IMG/VR virus record: IMGVR_UViG_3300027644_000022
Coordinates: 1 to 47,076 of that record
Source: a virus
Taxonomy: Duplodnaviria > Caudoviricetes
Direction: 5' to 3' (one strand)
DNA length: 47,076 nt
This document shows positions 18,101 through 25,994 of this stretch, one piece after another (position 1 is the first letter of the stretch; each line of letters starts with the position of its first letter). The notes beneath the pieces were generated by a model. It searched no databases and was not told the DNA's origin. It saw nothing but the letters and a program-made list of their open reading frames with translations. A program made the position numbers and the translations under genes.

Positions 18101-19765
18101 GGGAGTTTGGGCTTCTGTTGTTGCGACTGGGGCGGCCTCTGTTTCTGGAGCTGGGGCGACCCCTGCTTGTGAGACTGGAGTTTTCTTAGTTTCTTTTGCT
18201 TCATAAACAGGTCCTTGGTATTCGAAATTGCCAGTCTCCTCGTTTAGCTTCCAATCGGAAGACAACGAAAACCCACCAACCTGATCGAGATCGGCTTTGG
18301 CAATCGGCTGGCGGGAACGAATCTTCGAGAAGATCTTTGCCCCAAGCTCGTCCCCAGGCAGACCCGCTGTCGTAGCTTTGGGTTCGGAGGCTTGAGATTC
18401 GGTTGCCTGGGGCTCGGTTGAAACGATCGGAATCCCAGCTTTTTCAAGATCCTCTTCAAGGCCCGGGATATTTTCTTCATCAATCTCTGGTGCGCCCGCC
18501 TCTACATTTGCGAGAGCAGCTGCGGTTAGGGGAGCTCCCGCTTGTGCGATTTCTTGTCTTTTCTTGGTCAGCTCTCGCAATTCGCCCGTAGCAATGTTCT
18601 TTATCCCCCGGCCAGCTGCACCCACGCCCTTTGCCGTGCCCCCGAGAACCGCCATTGGTCCCAAGCTTTCACGGAAAGCGAGGAGTCCACGACCGAGAAC
18701 TTCTTTTGCGGGCTCAGACTCCGATGTCAATTTCCCAAGAACATCGAGAGCTTCGGCACTTGCCCCCTCTCGAATTAAATCTGCTTCTGCCTTACCAATT
18801 TCGGTACCCGTAGCCGTGATTGCTTCTTGAATGCCCTCTTGAACAGATTGACCAACAACAAAAGCACCACCCCGAGCAACCGATGATGAGGCCGCCTTTA
18901 CTGCTTTGGGCAGATATTTTGAAGCCACATTCATTGCACCCGTCAAAAGAGCTGACTTGATCTTTTTGCCACCGAGCACCTGCACAACGCTATTTGCTTG
19001 GGCGTATTCAACAGCGGCGTAAGCGGGACCAATAATTTCGGCTATCTGGGATGCGGCATAGGGCTCTACATCGTTTTCCAGAAGTTCCCTAAAGGAGGCT
19101 CCAGCACCTTGAGCCTTCCAATAATCGTAACCTCCCTTTGCGGCTCCAACCGCAAAACCCGCCTTGCCCCCTATGATAGCGCCTGGGACAGCTCCGACTC
19201 CACCCATCGTAGAACCTGCGGCCGCCCCAAAGGCCGCTCCCGCAAGACCCATTTCACCCCCCTCTTTTACTCCCTCGTATGCCCCAGTAATCATTGGAGG
19301 CAACATCTGCACAGTTTGATAAACAGTATTCGTGAGGAAGTTGTTCCCTTGGTTTTCGTATTGTCTTATTTGGAGTTGTCGGCTTGCTTCCTTTAATTGA
19401 GCCAGCTTTTCTGGATCTGGTTTGCTCCCAGAATAAAGTTGTTTGAGCTGAAGATCTCGATAAGCAAAGTCTAAGCCAGTCTGTTCTTGGCCGATGGAGT
19501 ATGCTTCTTGTGCAGTCTGTAGCGGGTTTTTAGGATTAGCCTTTGGCAACTTACTAAAGGGATTGGGCAAACCCTTTTCTGAGTCGGTTAATTCAAGATC
19601 GTCGGAAACCGGGCTCTTTGTAGAAGGGGAATTGAGGTTTGCAAACGGGTTAGGTTGACTCTTTTCCTCGTCAGTAAGCTCCAGACTGTCAAATAGCGGA
19701 TCTTCCGCAACTGGCTTGAAATTGAGATTTTCATCAGCCCCAGTTAGGATATCAATCTGAGCCAT
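9125..19765 (-). CDS. giant polyvalent internal virion (ejection) protein, 3546 aa
   Basis: last and largest of the core genes after the tail genes; Gly-zipper N-region; sigma-like, zincin-like, kinase and ART-PolyVal motifs; C-terminal PF.R...N / G.GP / GW.PNSI region typical of large ejection proteins. Confidence 0.85.
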   Translation of the reverse strand: MAQIDILTGADENLNFKPVAEDPLFDSLELTDEEKSQPNPFANLNSPSTKSPVSDDLELTDSEKGLPNPFSKLPKANPKNPLQTAQEAYSIGQEQTGLDFAYRDLQLKQLYSGSKPDPEKLAQLKEASRQLQIRQYENQGNNFLTNTVYQTVQMLPPMITGAYEGVKEGGEMGLAGAAFGAAAGSTMGGVGAVPGAIIGGKAGFAVGAAKGGYDYWKAQGAGASFRELLENDVEPYAASQIAEIIGPAYAAVEYAQANSVVQVLGGKKIKSALLTGAMNVASKYLPKAVKAASSSVARGGAFVVGQSVQEGIQEAITATGTEIGKAEADLIREGASAEALDVLGKLTSESEPAKEVLGRGLLAFRESLGPMAVLGGTAKGVGAAGRGIKNIATGELRELTKKRQEIAQAGAPLTAAALANVEAGAPEIDEENIPGLEEDLEKAGIPIVSTEPQATESQASEPKATTAGLPGDELGAKIFSKIRSRQPIAKADLDQVGGFSLSSDWKLNEETGNFEYQGPVYEAKETKKTPVSQAGVAPAPETEAAPVATTEAQTPETQVATPVETIKPKPSKKGAKAVAPALEAKIEQPKVAPVVATPVMAPVTSETKPLPKFEDIKKNQKQIKYLRKITSEINSQVPTEDQIQPKVGWKALDYYRALTDLYGKIEKLELPKPEQKAPTAENPLPTEESKATSKRKGKVRRLAKIFSIPDLSGDQISFRDQALRLAKKISQQVASEYPNLVDGADEIYGRLIERIAARIFSSRENNRPLLFNQKGEEMDADEENIGKYVYFSARRAALDALRAQEAKKEIPTDFSGPVVAEGSVTQPEAAKEEAKPSGIQVPQAKESAPEDSRAVAELRSAASVIREQSGPEVKLVIDWIIDTMIGADTELGKIKSYKELAEYLSKVLERPVSDKRVGQFVDKTIDQIAEILNEENIRVSPEKLKMLMTPEGKAARERKATEEANKKQERELRQVIANLADRVRALDASFSVKQAIIDALPNTDTATRARITSEIIIPLEEGLIEDGQIATRLNNIQKGIENEKPRTRQPIPRSKSKLSGQTETSKVRGRARKSNDSELGGTSPNENVGGRAEPINAGDQGTGTRPSGSRPGVGEKQRETPNPVSIDPRLTAANASKAVQAFVKAATSSGYPAKYILDETSGRPVGVVPDDVDENSTIPTIRVNPKYLAEAARRIGVGKEFATYAFLAITEEVAHHNYLLLLAKEAKSLGISAQQHRKNETKRIAKIIKRRRGLKRKIEKLYNEGKPFTGVNADFRLVFEFMRMNTQNAMIGTITEALSVDVEAILREVEMGDRRFIFRFFDAIRDFLYTITGKTQAEQQFLRATADATARMSQRVSRSILRPNEAKPVSLNYNPPKKETLLEKTKPVKGEAKRAREEAEKERTGLSSASLPFLKQYAKELGIKVPLTKRKVPVFNEKTRKTEEKIFKLPFWKKAEYVKAIKEKLSELGKKPKLEDDTPTLGAALPRMLGASMPTDRPYWLKPDGGVQEVDEDAVREFTSVGGHADAALEWMRENEPKSEFLTTWALLDPLERIDRQQLPLQEMFKKGWVRVVGDAFNLYIEGNPSQEQMTQLFETAINEEVNLIQDLSGLGGRAKSRVIYEVPEKDELGVAMPRRGFSTSEPKFSFDWRELPDNLDGLKEIETRAGTFDVRVYADEDGVKYIVKRGQSLEQFENEIAAERIYKLLNYPVAESKLITLENGEPAKIAEFVYGPTLGEFEKMMGPVDSSIVEKVYEQIGDGLIIDAYLFNYDVLGQDLDNVIVGHEDVFDQDIIVTGEPAVKSHSVYRIDNGGTFDIRARGLPKNPFFFDTFAELQTKYPRLNLSMGQMVAQISDLVLNSDEILNSVPKRLQPIMAQRLQWMVDQFSALDTMPKNTGKTDAEVTEYFDGLAKAMEAVEITRDASGRLINAATGLPSEIKVRDSKGGVIRSIPKSEFRYRLERTPQFKMWFGDWEKYPEGLGTSKILDESGEPEVQYHGTNYSNRLLSNTYKNNKGARDYQNPFWPMRAQTTSNTFRGQWTSTSRQFAENWAQANSRVEYDEQIVIPVYVKSTNPFDAKNPDHIQKLKGYAGAVGQGFSLNPAAVMALENGFTDWSLFEKVDKDFEYPEPVSSEENISESQKKAMYFGSPQYSTLEAIVNLGFDGLITTEIEGATTSDVRSVTVHLEALNEAMNAKDAVREAKIREELEKALVEYRNKAVVNVLSWRPDAIKSVMNSGKFQSVEQKNDLKPTQMAMAKASLVKKNGQTLWNEFEREGITFASYESPENLVTYSYMTANQLRTKNIGKEYISENLYYVGQRLAPGAKSTRGREDTDMLGASLPRRFGVRIKSKLVTEVYDKLKRLDYEPIPDAMTEAEAQSYLEKNGIRGSMDAALSDGSPLQHGSRELLAQKIIVALNQAYAKDKDPRILEDLLAFTDKFLEQSSGIGRALRALSFWSNLTPEGMLMLYKKKSDETNREIRDRFNVFFDRVKAELSSLPAGTIDEVLNRMSGLLGKAQNAADESKKRVSEKNTMTFWEEFANQLGQALVSNSEKQLEEAEAVAAQDAGIPFEQMTDGQKRGVKRLENAKTINQAAQEMSREIKRTFMSLAKEQGRNIRDPRIVTDEVFASKTIQEQEKIHQEERENKQKQDFKAMLTRWPRALRSWETMSDAIRAKTANNPELAELFNSYLGLVLNSPFTMPQLKKYISLRGVKIEDLIRSHYEEGKLANHAYSLARELVQEAGLGADEEEVGGVEFEKRDEDMRKEEPSKRVPVVPLSERLTQAIALQIREIVEKESSAKLEKLLKRYADKTLEPSLLRFINRLVEYQALGLFSNSGAWNEFQRQEGLNKLKPEVNEKLMKIMLEANKLVGYRKDEKISDALSLIANETQLNAYNFTKAWWYVSILSGFGTQAANILGNASNTMIMSLPLLLKALYRTGTNRSANKAELGIMFRALQLSFMDAGNILATGRSGTRKSDPKFFGKAGTDFFEVAARNATGDTVEQKAIKIGSTVASSIRRAMTAVDMAFYNFNKELFLFEAGLTQAYEAGLKGEKATAAALEYTFRNSQKLSAARSQAEQEGYTVEAPLTTKKGAMERIEQNIRIQEIVDDNTEKDNPAISAAGQISGTQMTFNEEPTGLLGTMHRMIAGFSKEHPLKSAVIVPFTRIVANVWNQGIDMTGWGLVRAKGLPKIFGKHLAGKFASQFEGTADERKVQQDLTFARGVLGLSSVFFSMLLDEIFCGNYEQFGFEFCINGQGPKESAQKELLKNRLGWKPNSIFVRLPNTERGTYLSYTFSPAAIGLSAVGLFKDNETYDYFNEKAPTDVALAMGHRMATIMFDMNFLSSLSDIFEMLNPSEPERALAKLKSFGSRIGSAIVIPNFLRDMDQLLGVFGSTQRTAREGILQGAFVANTPIVRQFYGKTELDMLGNPVSMQFRPMSFAKRSSLVETLIEKNALPSAPKKDKLFGVVKMTDEQYADFRITRAEELGKMLNNNETIERLQNMTSGEAQLYMSAVTQRANAIAKGKLIKNSPDILDQARTEKANKLK

Positions 19766-19783
19766 AATTACTTTACGGCGCGA

Positions 19784-20884
19784 CTATTCTTCGCTGGGGG
19801 TTAAATCTTCGTCCGATAATATGTTTTGTGGGGAATAGAAGTCTGGCACTCCGAGCCCAGCACCTTGGAATTGAATCTGAACCCTAAGTTTAAATTTACT
19901 GATTTCACCAGGTGAGTTCTTAATCTGGCCTTTTTGAATAGCCATCTTAGTGAGCTCATCTATTACATCTTTGGCGTTTGCCCCGTCCCTAATGCTTTGA
20001 GCTGCTTGTTTAATTCTTATTTTGAAGTCCGCATCGTTTTTGGGACTAGACTCTTGACTACTGCCCGCACCAGCATTCTTCCCACCAAGAACAGATATAA
20101 AGCCGGGCTCGTTTGCTTCCTTAACGTCGTCTGAAGTCATAAGACCATCTGCAATCTTGCCCCTAGCTCCCATTTCTTTGATATCCAGTTCCCTATCTTT
20201 TCGAACGCTTGCTTCCCTGTCTCTAACATTTTTCTGGTAAGCCGAACTGCGCATGACGCCGTATCGATCGAGAAGAGGTAAAAGTTTTTGTGTTTGGAAT
20301 TCGTTCAAACCACGAAACCCACTTTGTCGCAATGCTGGGATCATCTCCCTTACGCCAGCCTTAAGTGGGCTGGGTTCAGTCGGGTCTCTTGAGTATGCTC
20401 TGGCGATATCAACAATTTGTTCCACTTCTTGATATTCGTCGTCCTGATCAAGCAGGCTTTGCTTTAATACTTCTAGTTCTTTTCGAGCCGCCGCTTTTGA
20501 ATAAACCGCCATCTTCTCGTCTTGATTTTCAAAGGTGAGGTCTGGGATCTGATAGTTTCTTAGTTTGTCAGAATCGACTCTCGCCAAAAAAGACATCTCA
20601 GTAGCGATCGGGCTGATCGCAGATTGAACCTCAATAAGAGAGTTCTGAAGTTGCATTTTCCTTTGCATGTCTTCTGCCCGAGCCTTGTTGAATAGATTAT
20701 TGCTTTCGATCTCGGCAAGTTTTAGGGGGAAGAGTTTTTCGGCTTGCTCTTGTTCAGCTTGGAATCGTCGTTCTCTAAGGCTCAAATCTCGTTCTGCTTG
20801 CTGGCTGCGTTGAGCCATAAAGATATTGCTCGCTACGCTTTGAGCGAGACCCGAGGTAATGGCAATCTGTTCGCGAGGCGTCAT
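19784..20884 (-). CDS. internal virion protein (helical)
   Basis: position before the giant protein; coiled-coil, Q/E/R-rich. Confidence 0.65.
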   Translation of the reverse strand: MTPREQIAITSGLAQSVASNIFMAQRSQQAERDLSLRERRFQAEQEQAEKLFPLKLAEIESNNLFNKARAEDMQRKMQLQNSLIEVQSAISPIATEMSFLARVDSDKLRNYQIPDLTFENQDEKMAVYSKAAARKELEVLKQSLLDQDDEYQEVEQIVDIARAYSRDPTEPSPLKAGVREMIPALRQSGFRGLNEFQTQKLLPLLDRYGVMRSSAYQKNVRDREASVRKDRELDIKEMGARGKIADGLMTSDDVKEANEPGFISVLGGKNAGAGSSQESSPKNDADFKIRIKQAAQSIRDGANAKDVIDELTKMAIQKGQIKNSPGEISKFKLRVQIQFQGAGLGVPDFYSPQNILSDEDLTPSEE

Positions 20885-21754
20885 TTATGGGGTGTCCCAA
20901 ATAAACGGACCCCTGTAATTGCTAAACATTTGATTTCTTCCTTGGTTATAGGCAGAGACCCCAGCGATACCCATATTGCCTACCGACATGCCAGTCGCTC
21001 CAGCTTGCATTCCTCTAGCACCACCAAATTGACCACCAATTGCCCCGCCCATACTCATGCCTAGCGGGATGGACATTCCGGCAGTTGCGGGTGCGGCAAG
21101 AATACCAAGACCACCTCCGATAACACTTCCCGCGATACCCGCCCAAGGAGAACCGCTATTCTCGGATTCGTAAGCGTAATTTGCGTCTTGTTGACGATTG
21201 TATACGTTCGCGTTCAGTTCTGCCTGCCGATTGGCAATATTGTTATTGTATTGCGCTAGAGATACGTCCTCTTGTCGAATGTTTTGCGGGGTGAAAGCAA
21301 GGTTCATGCTTTGAAGCGGCATAAGACCTCTTGTTTCCTGGCGTAAGCCCTGTTGCATTGTTATACCTTGACCCATTAAATCAAAACTTGTTCTAGCCAT
21401 GTCTCTGGCTTCGACTTGAGATCTTTGACTTGCCCCCAGACCAGCCGTTAGCCCCTTAAAGGCGGCGGATTGAGAGACTTTTGCGGCGACATCAGCGGGC
21501 GGCAGTCCTTGGATCAATGAGTTTGCAGTTTGTTGGGTTTTTTGAAGACCCGCCTTGTACCCAGGATTTAGGCGATCAAGGCTATCCATGTAACCAGAAG
21601 CTGAAGACTCTAGGGTACCTTGGATTCCAGAAAACTTATCTTTCTGTGCTATGAAATCATCAAGAGCCTTAAGGCGATCTGGTAAAGATAGCTTTTCAAG
21701 TTGCGCCGCCACGTACTGTGGCTTTTGTGGGTCATCTCCCCCGAGGCATCCCAT
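20885..21754 (-). CDS. internal virion / DNA pilot-like protein
   Basis: Q/N/A-rich helices with a C-terminal glycine-zipper hydrophobic segment. Confidence 0.7.
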   Translation of the reverse strand: MGCLGGDDPQKPQYVAAQLEKLSLPDRLKALDDFIAQKDKFSGIQGTLESSASGYMDSLDRLNPGYKAGLQKTQQTANSLIQGLPPADVAAKVSQSAAFKGLTAGLGASQRSQVEARDMARTSFDLMGQGITMQQGLRQETRGLMPLQSMNLAFTPQNIRQEDVSLAQYNNNIANRQAELNANVYNRQQDANYAYESENSGSPWAGIAGSVIGGGLGILAAPATAGMSIPLGMSMGGAIGGQFGGARGMQAGATGMSVGNMGIAGVSAYNQGRNQMFSNYRGPFIWDTP

Positions 21755-21755
21755 A

Positions 21756-22118
21756 TTAAATAATCTCCTTTTGAAACATAATTGTTTTTCCTAATTTCGA
21801 ATAACCAAGCCGATTCATATGCTTGAAGTAGGGTGAATCTTCAGAACAAATTGTTACATACCTCTTTACTTGTTTTTCCTTCGCTATGTTTTCAATTTCT
21901 TTAAGCATTTCTAGGGTGTCCCGTGCATTGCCTTTTTTTGTATCTAACCACCACATAAGAATTGGCGTGGAAAAGATTCCCGCATAGCCAATGAGTTCCC
22001 CGTTCTTTCTGACGATATGGGAAGGGAACACGACATCGTGATGGTCTTCTTTTGCGGCCGCGACAAGTTCTTGTAGTTCACTTAGAGATTGGAGTTCTTC
22101 TATTTTTGATGCGGCCAT
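21756..22118 (-). CDS. GNAT-fold-like protein (T7 gp13-like position)
   Basis: VRKNGELIGYAGI...RLGY pattern; precedes the ejection-protein genes. Confidence 0.55.
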   Translation of the reverse strand: MAASKIEELQSLSELQELVAAAKEDHHDVVFPSHIVRKNGELIGYAGIFSTPILMWWLDTKKGNARDTLEMLKEIENIAKEKQVKRYVTICSEDSPYFKHMNRLGYSKLGKTIMFQKEII

Positions 22119-22139
22119 AGCGGTTACTTAAGTTTAAGT

Positions 22140-22157
22140 CAGACACTGATTTGTCAA
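22140..22157. promoter_or_regulatory. (CA)GAC-N8-GTCAA palindrome within a - strand TTGACA-N15-TAAACT promoter
   Basis: intergenic, upstream of the core-protein genes. Confidence 0.5.
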
Positions 22158-22166
22158 GAATGTCGC

Positions 22167-23021
22167 TCACAACTCGAGGGTTTCGTTTGCCGCAGTAAAA
22201 ACGTGGTATGTAAAGCCACCGAAGCTTGATACTGTCCCGCTTGGGCTGGCTTGGGTTCCGGCATAGCTGACTACCACAACGCCCTGCATACCAGACCCAC
22301 CTCCACCACCCCCACCGCAACCGTACCAACTTGCACTTGTTGGGTTAGTTACGCAAAAACGACCAGTCCCAGCTCCGGGTTGTGTTCCGCCGGACCTAAT
22401 TTGACGCCCGAACCACGTGCACCAGTTTTGAAAGGCTCCCCCAACGTAATTTCCACCCCCACCGCCAGAGGCCAGCACATACATACCCCCTAAGGCGTTA
22501 CTAACCCCCGTAGAAACAGTATATCCATAAGCACCAACGCCATGGTAATAGTCGTTGCCTATTTGTTGCCAATTGCTTCCTGGGCCCGAATAAGCTCCAC
22601 CTCCCCCACTCATGCCTAGTCGTACCTGCCCATTGTTCCCACTTGCTGTGGCTCCAGAGCCACCCCCAAAAGTCGAACCGTTACTAGCTGGAGCTCCGCT
22701 TGCCCCGCCAGTTATATCGTTCGGTGGAACTGAGTTTAAGCCACCAGTTGCTTGGTAAGATGAGTTTATAAAAGAACTAGTTCCACCCGCACGACCAACG
22801 ACAATTGGGTAGCTAGCATTTCCCCCAGGAAGAAGCCCGGTTGAAAAACTAAAATCTCTTACCCCTCCACCTCCGCCCCCTCCAGAAGAATTACTTTGGC
22901 CACTACCCCCACCGCCAACAACCAAAACTTGAATAGTCTCTGGAGGCCAACGCTGATAGATCGGGAAAAACCTCCCACTAACCCCACCAAGTTGGGAAAA
23001 TGGGATTACCGGCCAAGGCAT
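22167..23021 (-). CDS. glycine-rich tail-associated protein
   Basis: VLVVGGGGSG...GGGGGGGV...GSG..GVVVVSY...YHVFT glycine-rich domain. Confidence 0.75.
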   Translation of the reverse strand: MPWPVIPFSQLGGVSGRFFPIYQRWPPETIQVLVVGGGGSGQSNSSGGGGGGGVRDFSFSTGLLPGGNASYPIVVGRAGGTSSFINSSYQATGGLNSVPPNDITGGASGAPASNGSTFGGGSGATASGNNGQVRLGMSGGGGAYSGPGSNWQQIGNDYYHGVGAYGYTVSTGVSNALGGMYVLASGGGGGNYVGGAFQNWCTWFGRQIRSGGTQPGAGTGRFCVTNPTSASWYGCGGGGGGGSGMQGVVVVSYAGTQASPSGTVSSFGGFTYHVFTAANETLEL

Positions 23022-23025
23022 GACT

Positions 23026-23412
23026 TTATACCGTGTAACCTAAAGAAGATGTCCCGTACATTTTCCCGTTCAGCGACACAAACGTAAGTATATCCATTCG
23101 ATTAGGTGTCGTGGTTAAAACTGGACGAAGTCCGTATCCCCAACTGTAATTGTTTCCGTATTCAAGTGTTCTTGACCCCACGTTGTCTTGCACCACGAAA
23201 AGGACATACACGCCACCATCCTTCGCATAGAAAGGGTTAGCAAGGGTTCTGTTACCGCCCAAGGTGACTTTTGCTACTTGGTTAGAGGATAAGTCCCAGG
23301 CAATCGTTGCTCCGTCTGTTAGCGTGGTCGCCTTGAAGTTATGAGAGGCTGTGTATTCCTGTTGCCAGCTTAGGACAGCAACCCCACTAGGTAGATCAGA
23401 TAACCCGCTCAT
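23026..23412 (-). CDS. tail-fibre-associated module protein
   Basis: LTDGATIAWD....AKVTLGGNRTLANP...QD..GSRTL motif seen in phage fibre proteins. Confidence 0.7.
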   Translation of the reverse strand: MSGLSDLPSGVAVLSWQQEYTASHNFKATTLTDGATIAWDLSSNQVAKVTLGGNRTLANPFYAKDGGVYVLFVVQDNVGSRTLEYGNNYSWGYGLRPVLTTTPNRMDILTFVSLNGKMYGTSSLGYTV

Positions 23413-23427
23413 CGGCGGATACCTAAG

Positions 23428-23778
23428 TTAAACCGCAAACAATGCGTCTTTAGCCGCGTTGTGCTCAGCAATAACCTGCTCAACAAACGCTTTGTATTCT
23501 GCGTCGTTAGATCGGATAGCACCTAACTCGTCTTCTAAGGAATATTTGGCTCGGATCGTTGCTTGCGTAGCTCGGTTTAGTTCAACTGCGGTGAACAAAA
23601 CCTTGCGAAGAGTCGATAGGTTTTCAGATGGGACTTCCGCAATCTCGGCTTCTGGGTTCGCCGCTTGAACTCCAGCAAGGCTTTCGGTCTTATAGACGTA
23701 ACCCTCGGAGTACTGGCCAAGGTTTGTTAACGAAGCAGATTCTGGTTTTGACAGTACGGATCTGGATTGAATGATCAT
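23428..23778 (-). CDS. putative tail fibre assembly chaperone
   Basis: directly follows the fibre gene (TAATG); IRAKYSLEDE...EY helical motif. Confidence 0.55.
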   Translation of the reverse strand: MIIQSRSVLSKPESASLTNLGQYSEGYVYKTESLAGVQAANPEAEIAEVPSENLSTLRKVLFTAVELNRATQATIRAKYSLEDELGAIRSNDAEYKAFVEQVIAEHNAAKDALFAV

Positions 23779-25946
23779 TAGTATACAACTCCTCCAATAT
23801 GGGCGCGTACAGGCACAAATGAGCTGGATCCCAAGAATGCACTACCAGAGCTATTAAAGCCCCAGGCGTAGACATCGCCGTTGCTGTAAAGAATTCGAAG
23901 TGTCGGGTTTCCAGTAGTCAGGGAAGCGACGTCACCACGGACAGCTCGTGCGTCGATAATCGTACCCTCGTTAGCAATTGGCTCGTCGATACGAACCCGA
24001 CGGAAGAACCCTGTCGAAGTAAAGGTATCGCCCGATCCACTCTGTCCGTTAGCGTTGAACCCGACCACGTAAACCCGACCGTTTGACATTACCGCAATCG
24101 TAGCGGTGCGGATAAAGTTCGTGGCTGGAGAGCTATTCCACATACCACCAACATGGCGGATCATAGAGACTGTAAAGCCAAGAGCACCGCCTGTAATCAA
24201 TTGGCTAGAGCCAAATTCGTCGGTGGCTGTACGGTAGGTTGCGTTCTCTTCGTGCTGACTGTCCCTAAACATTAACTGTGTTGGGGTATACTGGGCGGCG
24301 GTAATGTTCCCGACACCAGCAAAGCCTCCCCTATTATTGGCGCCCGTCGCGTCTTGCGTGCCCCAGAAAGACCAATAATTGTTAGCGGTTTTGGCATAGC
24401 GGAATGTTCCAGAGAAAGCCCATGTTTCATCAAGAGTGTTGAATTGAGTCTCGAAGGTGCTGCCAGCCCACTGGGTGTTAAAGTCTGCGTTAGTCATCCC
24501 CGCAGGTGTAACCCAAGTTGTTGGAGTCGCCCATGCCCCTCCACCGATTGTACTCGTTGAGATTTCGGCAAGGTTACCAAAGTTGTTGGTGGTTGAACCA
24601 ATCCCAAGAACCCCATAGGTGTTTGTCCCGCAAGAGAGCATCCTTCCAGTATTGGTAAGGATGGTAAATGTTCCCGAGCCTGTCGCATCAATTCGTGTTG
24701 AATTGGCGAAAATGTCCACCACCCACTCGCCAGTATTTAGATTTAAAGCTGCCCGAGAGAACTGTGTTGGCGACGAAATAGTGGCCGCAGTGTTGTTGCC
24801 GACCGCAGTGCAACCTGAGTTTTGGCCCCAGTAAAACACGCCCGATTCTGTGGCAAGGGTGGTATCGGCTACTTCGACCAAAGCGAAGGTTTCAGCAGAA
24901 ACTGAAATTGCCGTGACTTTCTTTACACGTTTACGAGTTCCAGAAGCGGCTGGCTGGTTAATGGCTGAATTGACGTTAACCGTTCCAGAGGCCAAGAATG
25001 CTGGGACTCGAACTGGGGATGCAATAGTTGCACCCAAACCAGTTCCAATACCCATAAAGCTTGAGGTATTGTCTCCCCAAGTCCAAAGAAAACCGTGTGT
25101 GTCGATCGCATAAACCCGAGTCGAATCAGAATGGTTTTCTTGGTTGCTCGAGAAAACATGAACAATCTTTGGAGTTTCAGTCGAACCAGACTGCGGATAA
25201 TTGTGGTTGGGGAAAACAACTTGGGTGAAGCGGGCGCGAGCGGTCGTGTCTGCGCTTGTCGTTCCAGCGGGTCCGCTACTAATCAAGCCAAGACCAAGTT
25301 GACCGTTGGTGTTTACCCCAGCAGAGTACAAATTCCCTGCGGCGTCGGTCACATAACAGTTATCGCGGAAATTAAATACTTTATGAGCTTTTGCGCCACG
25401 CGGGAGAACCGCGTGTCTTGCCTGACTGCTGGTTAAGCCAGAAGCGGTAGTTGGGCTAGCGGCATCCGAAGCTGAGGAAACGCCGCTTGCAACTAACGAG
25501 GCTCCACCAAAATAAACTCTTCCGTCTTTTGAGAGCATATGACTTCCAGCGTCGGCGGCGAGAGTGTAACCATTCTTGGGGTAATGAAAACGCTCAATCT
25601 TCGTTGCTGGGTCTAGCGAAGATTCTAGAGAATCCCACGAGGGATTTTGACCAGCGCCGTTAGTCCTAAGAACAAAACCAGAAGTAGAAGGCGCAAGAGC
25701 TACAACTCCAGAGGCACCGCGGTAAGGAATCTGACCTTGAGCAGTTAGTGCGCTAAGATCGCTGCCTTGAGCGAGAAGATCCCAATGAGTCGTTACTGTC
25801 GGAAGATTGCCAGCGGCTGATGTTGCGTTTTTGTAAATGTAGGAGCTGCCCTGGTACGAAACAACATCATCAACTTCATAGGTTGTTCCAGCTGCGTAAG
25901 CACCTTTCCAAACAAATTTAATTTTTCCTAGATCTAGAGTTGCCAT
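23778..25946 (-). CDS. tail fibre/receptor-binding protein with RCC1-like repeats
   Basis: LGKIKFVWKGAY....TY..DDVVSY.GSSY N-terminus; repeated G.N..GQLG.G motifs; AAGGA SD. Confidence 0.85.
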   Translation of the reverse strand: MATLDLGKIKFVWKGAYAAGTTYEVDDVVSYQGSSYIYKNATSAAGNLPTVTTHWDLLAQGSDLSALTAQGQIPYRGASGVVALAPSTSGFVLRTNGAGQNPSWDSLESSLDPATKIERFHYPKNGYTLAADAGSHMLSKDGRVYFGGASLVASGVSSASDAASPTTASGLTSSQARHAVLPRGAKAHKVFNFRDNCYVTDAAGNLYSAGVNTNGQLGLGLISSGPAGTTSADTTARARFTQVVFPNHNYPQSGSTETPKIVHVFSSNQENHSDSTRVYAIDTHGFLWTWGDNTSSFMGIGTGLGATIASPVRVPAFLASGTVNVNSAINQPAASGTRKRVKKVTAISVSAETFALVEVADTTLATESGVFYWGQNSGCTAVGNNTAATISSPTQFSRAALNLNTGEWVVDIFANSTRIDATGSGTFTILTNTGRMLSCGTNTYGVLGIGSTTNNFGNLAEISTSTIGGGAWATPTTWVTPAGMTNADFNTQWAGSTFETQFNTLDETWAFSGTFRYAKTANNYWSFWGTQDATGANNRGGFAGVGNITAAQYTPTQLMFRDSQHEENATYRTATDEFGSSQLITGGALGFTVSMIRHVGGMWNSSPATNFIRTATIAVMSNGRVYVVGFNANGQSGSGDTFTSTGFFRRVRIDEPIANEGTIIDARAVRGDVASLTTGNPTLRILYSNGDVYAWGFNSSGSAFLGSSSFVPVRAHIGGVVY

Positions 25947-25970
25947 GTGTTATTCCTTTGAGGTTAGTGG

Positions 25971-25988
25971 TTGACGTTTTTTTGTCAA
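25971..25988. promoter_or_regulatory. perfect TTGAC-N8-GTCAA palindrome within a - strand TTGACA-N16-TAACCT promoter
   Basis: TTGACGTTTTTTTGTCAA, intergenic. Confidence 0.65.
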
Positions 25989-25994
25989 TACTTT

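Noticed and set aside
9218-19396. Many 60-136 aa ORFs overlapping the giant gene
   Set aside because: Ser/Phe/Leu-rich antisense shadows or short off-frame ORFs with no start signals
9125-19765. Virion RNA polymerase (N4- or crAss-like) as the identity of the giant protein
   Set aside because: No DFDGD/DxDxD-type or T7-like polymerase motifs were recognised; the length is accounted for by other domains
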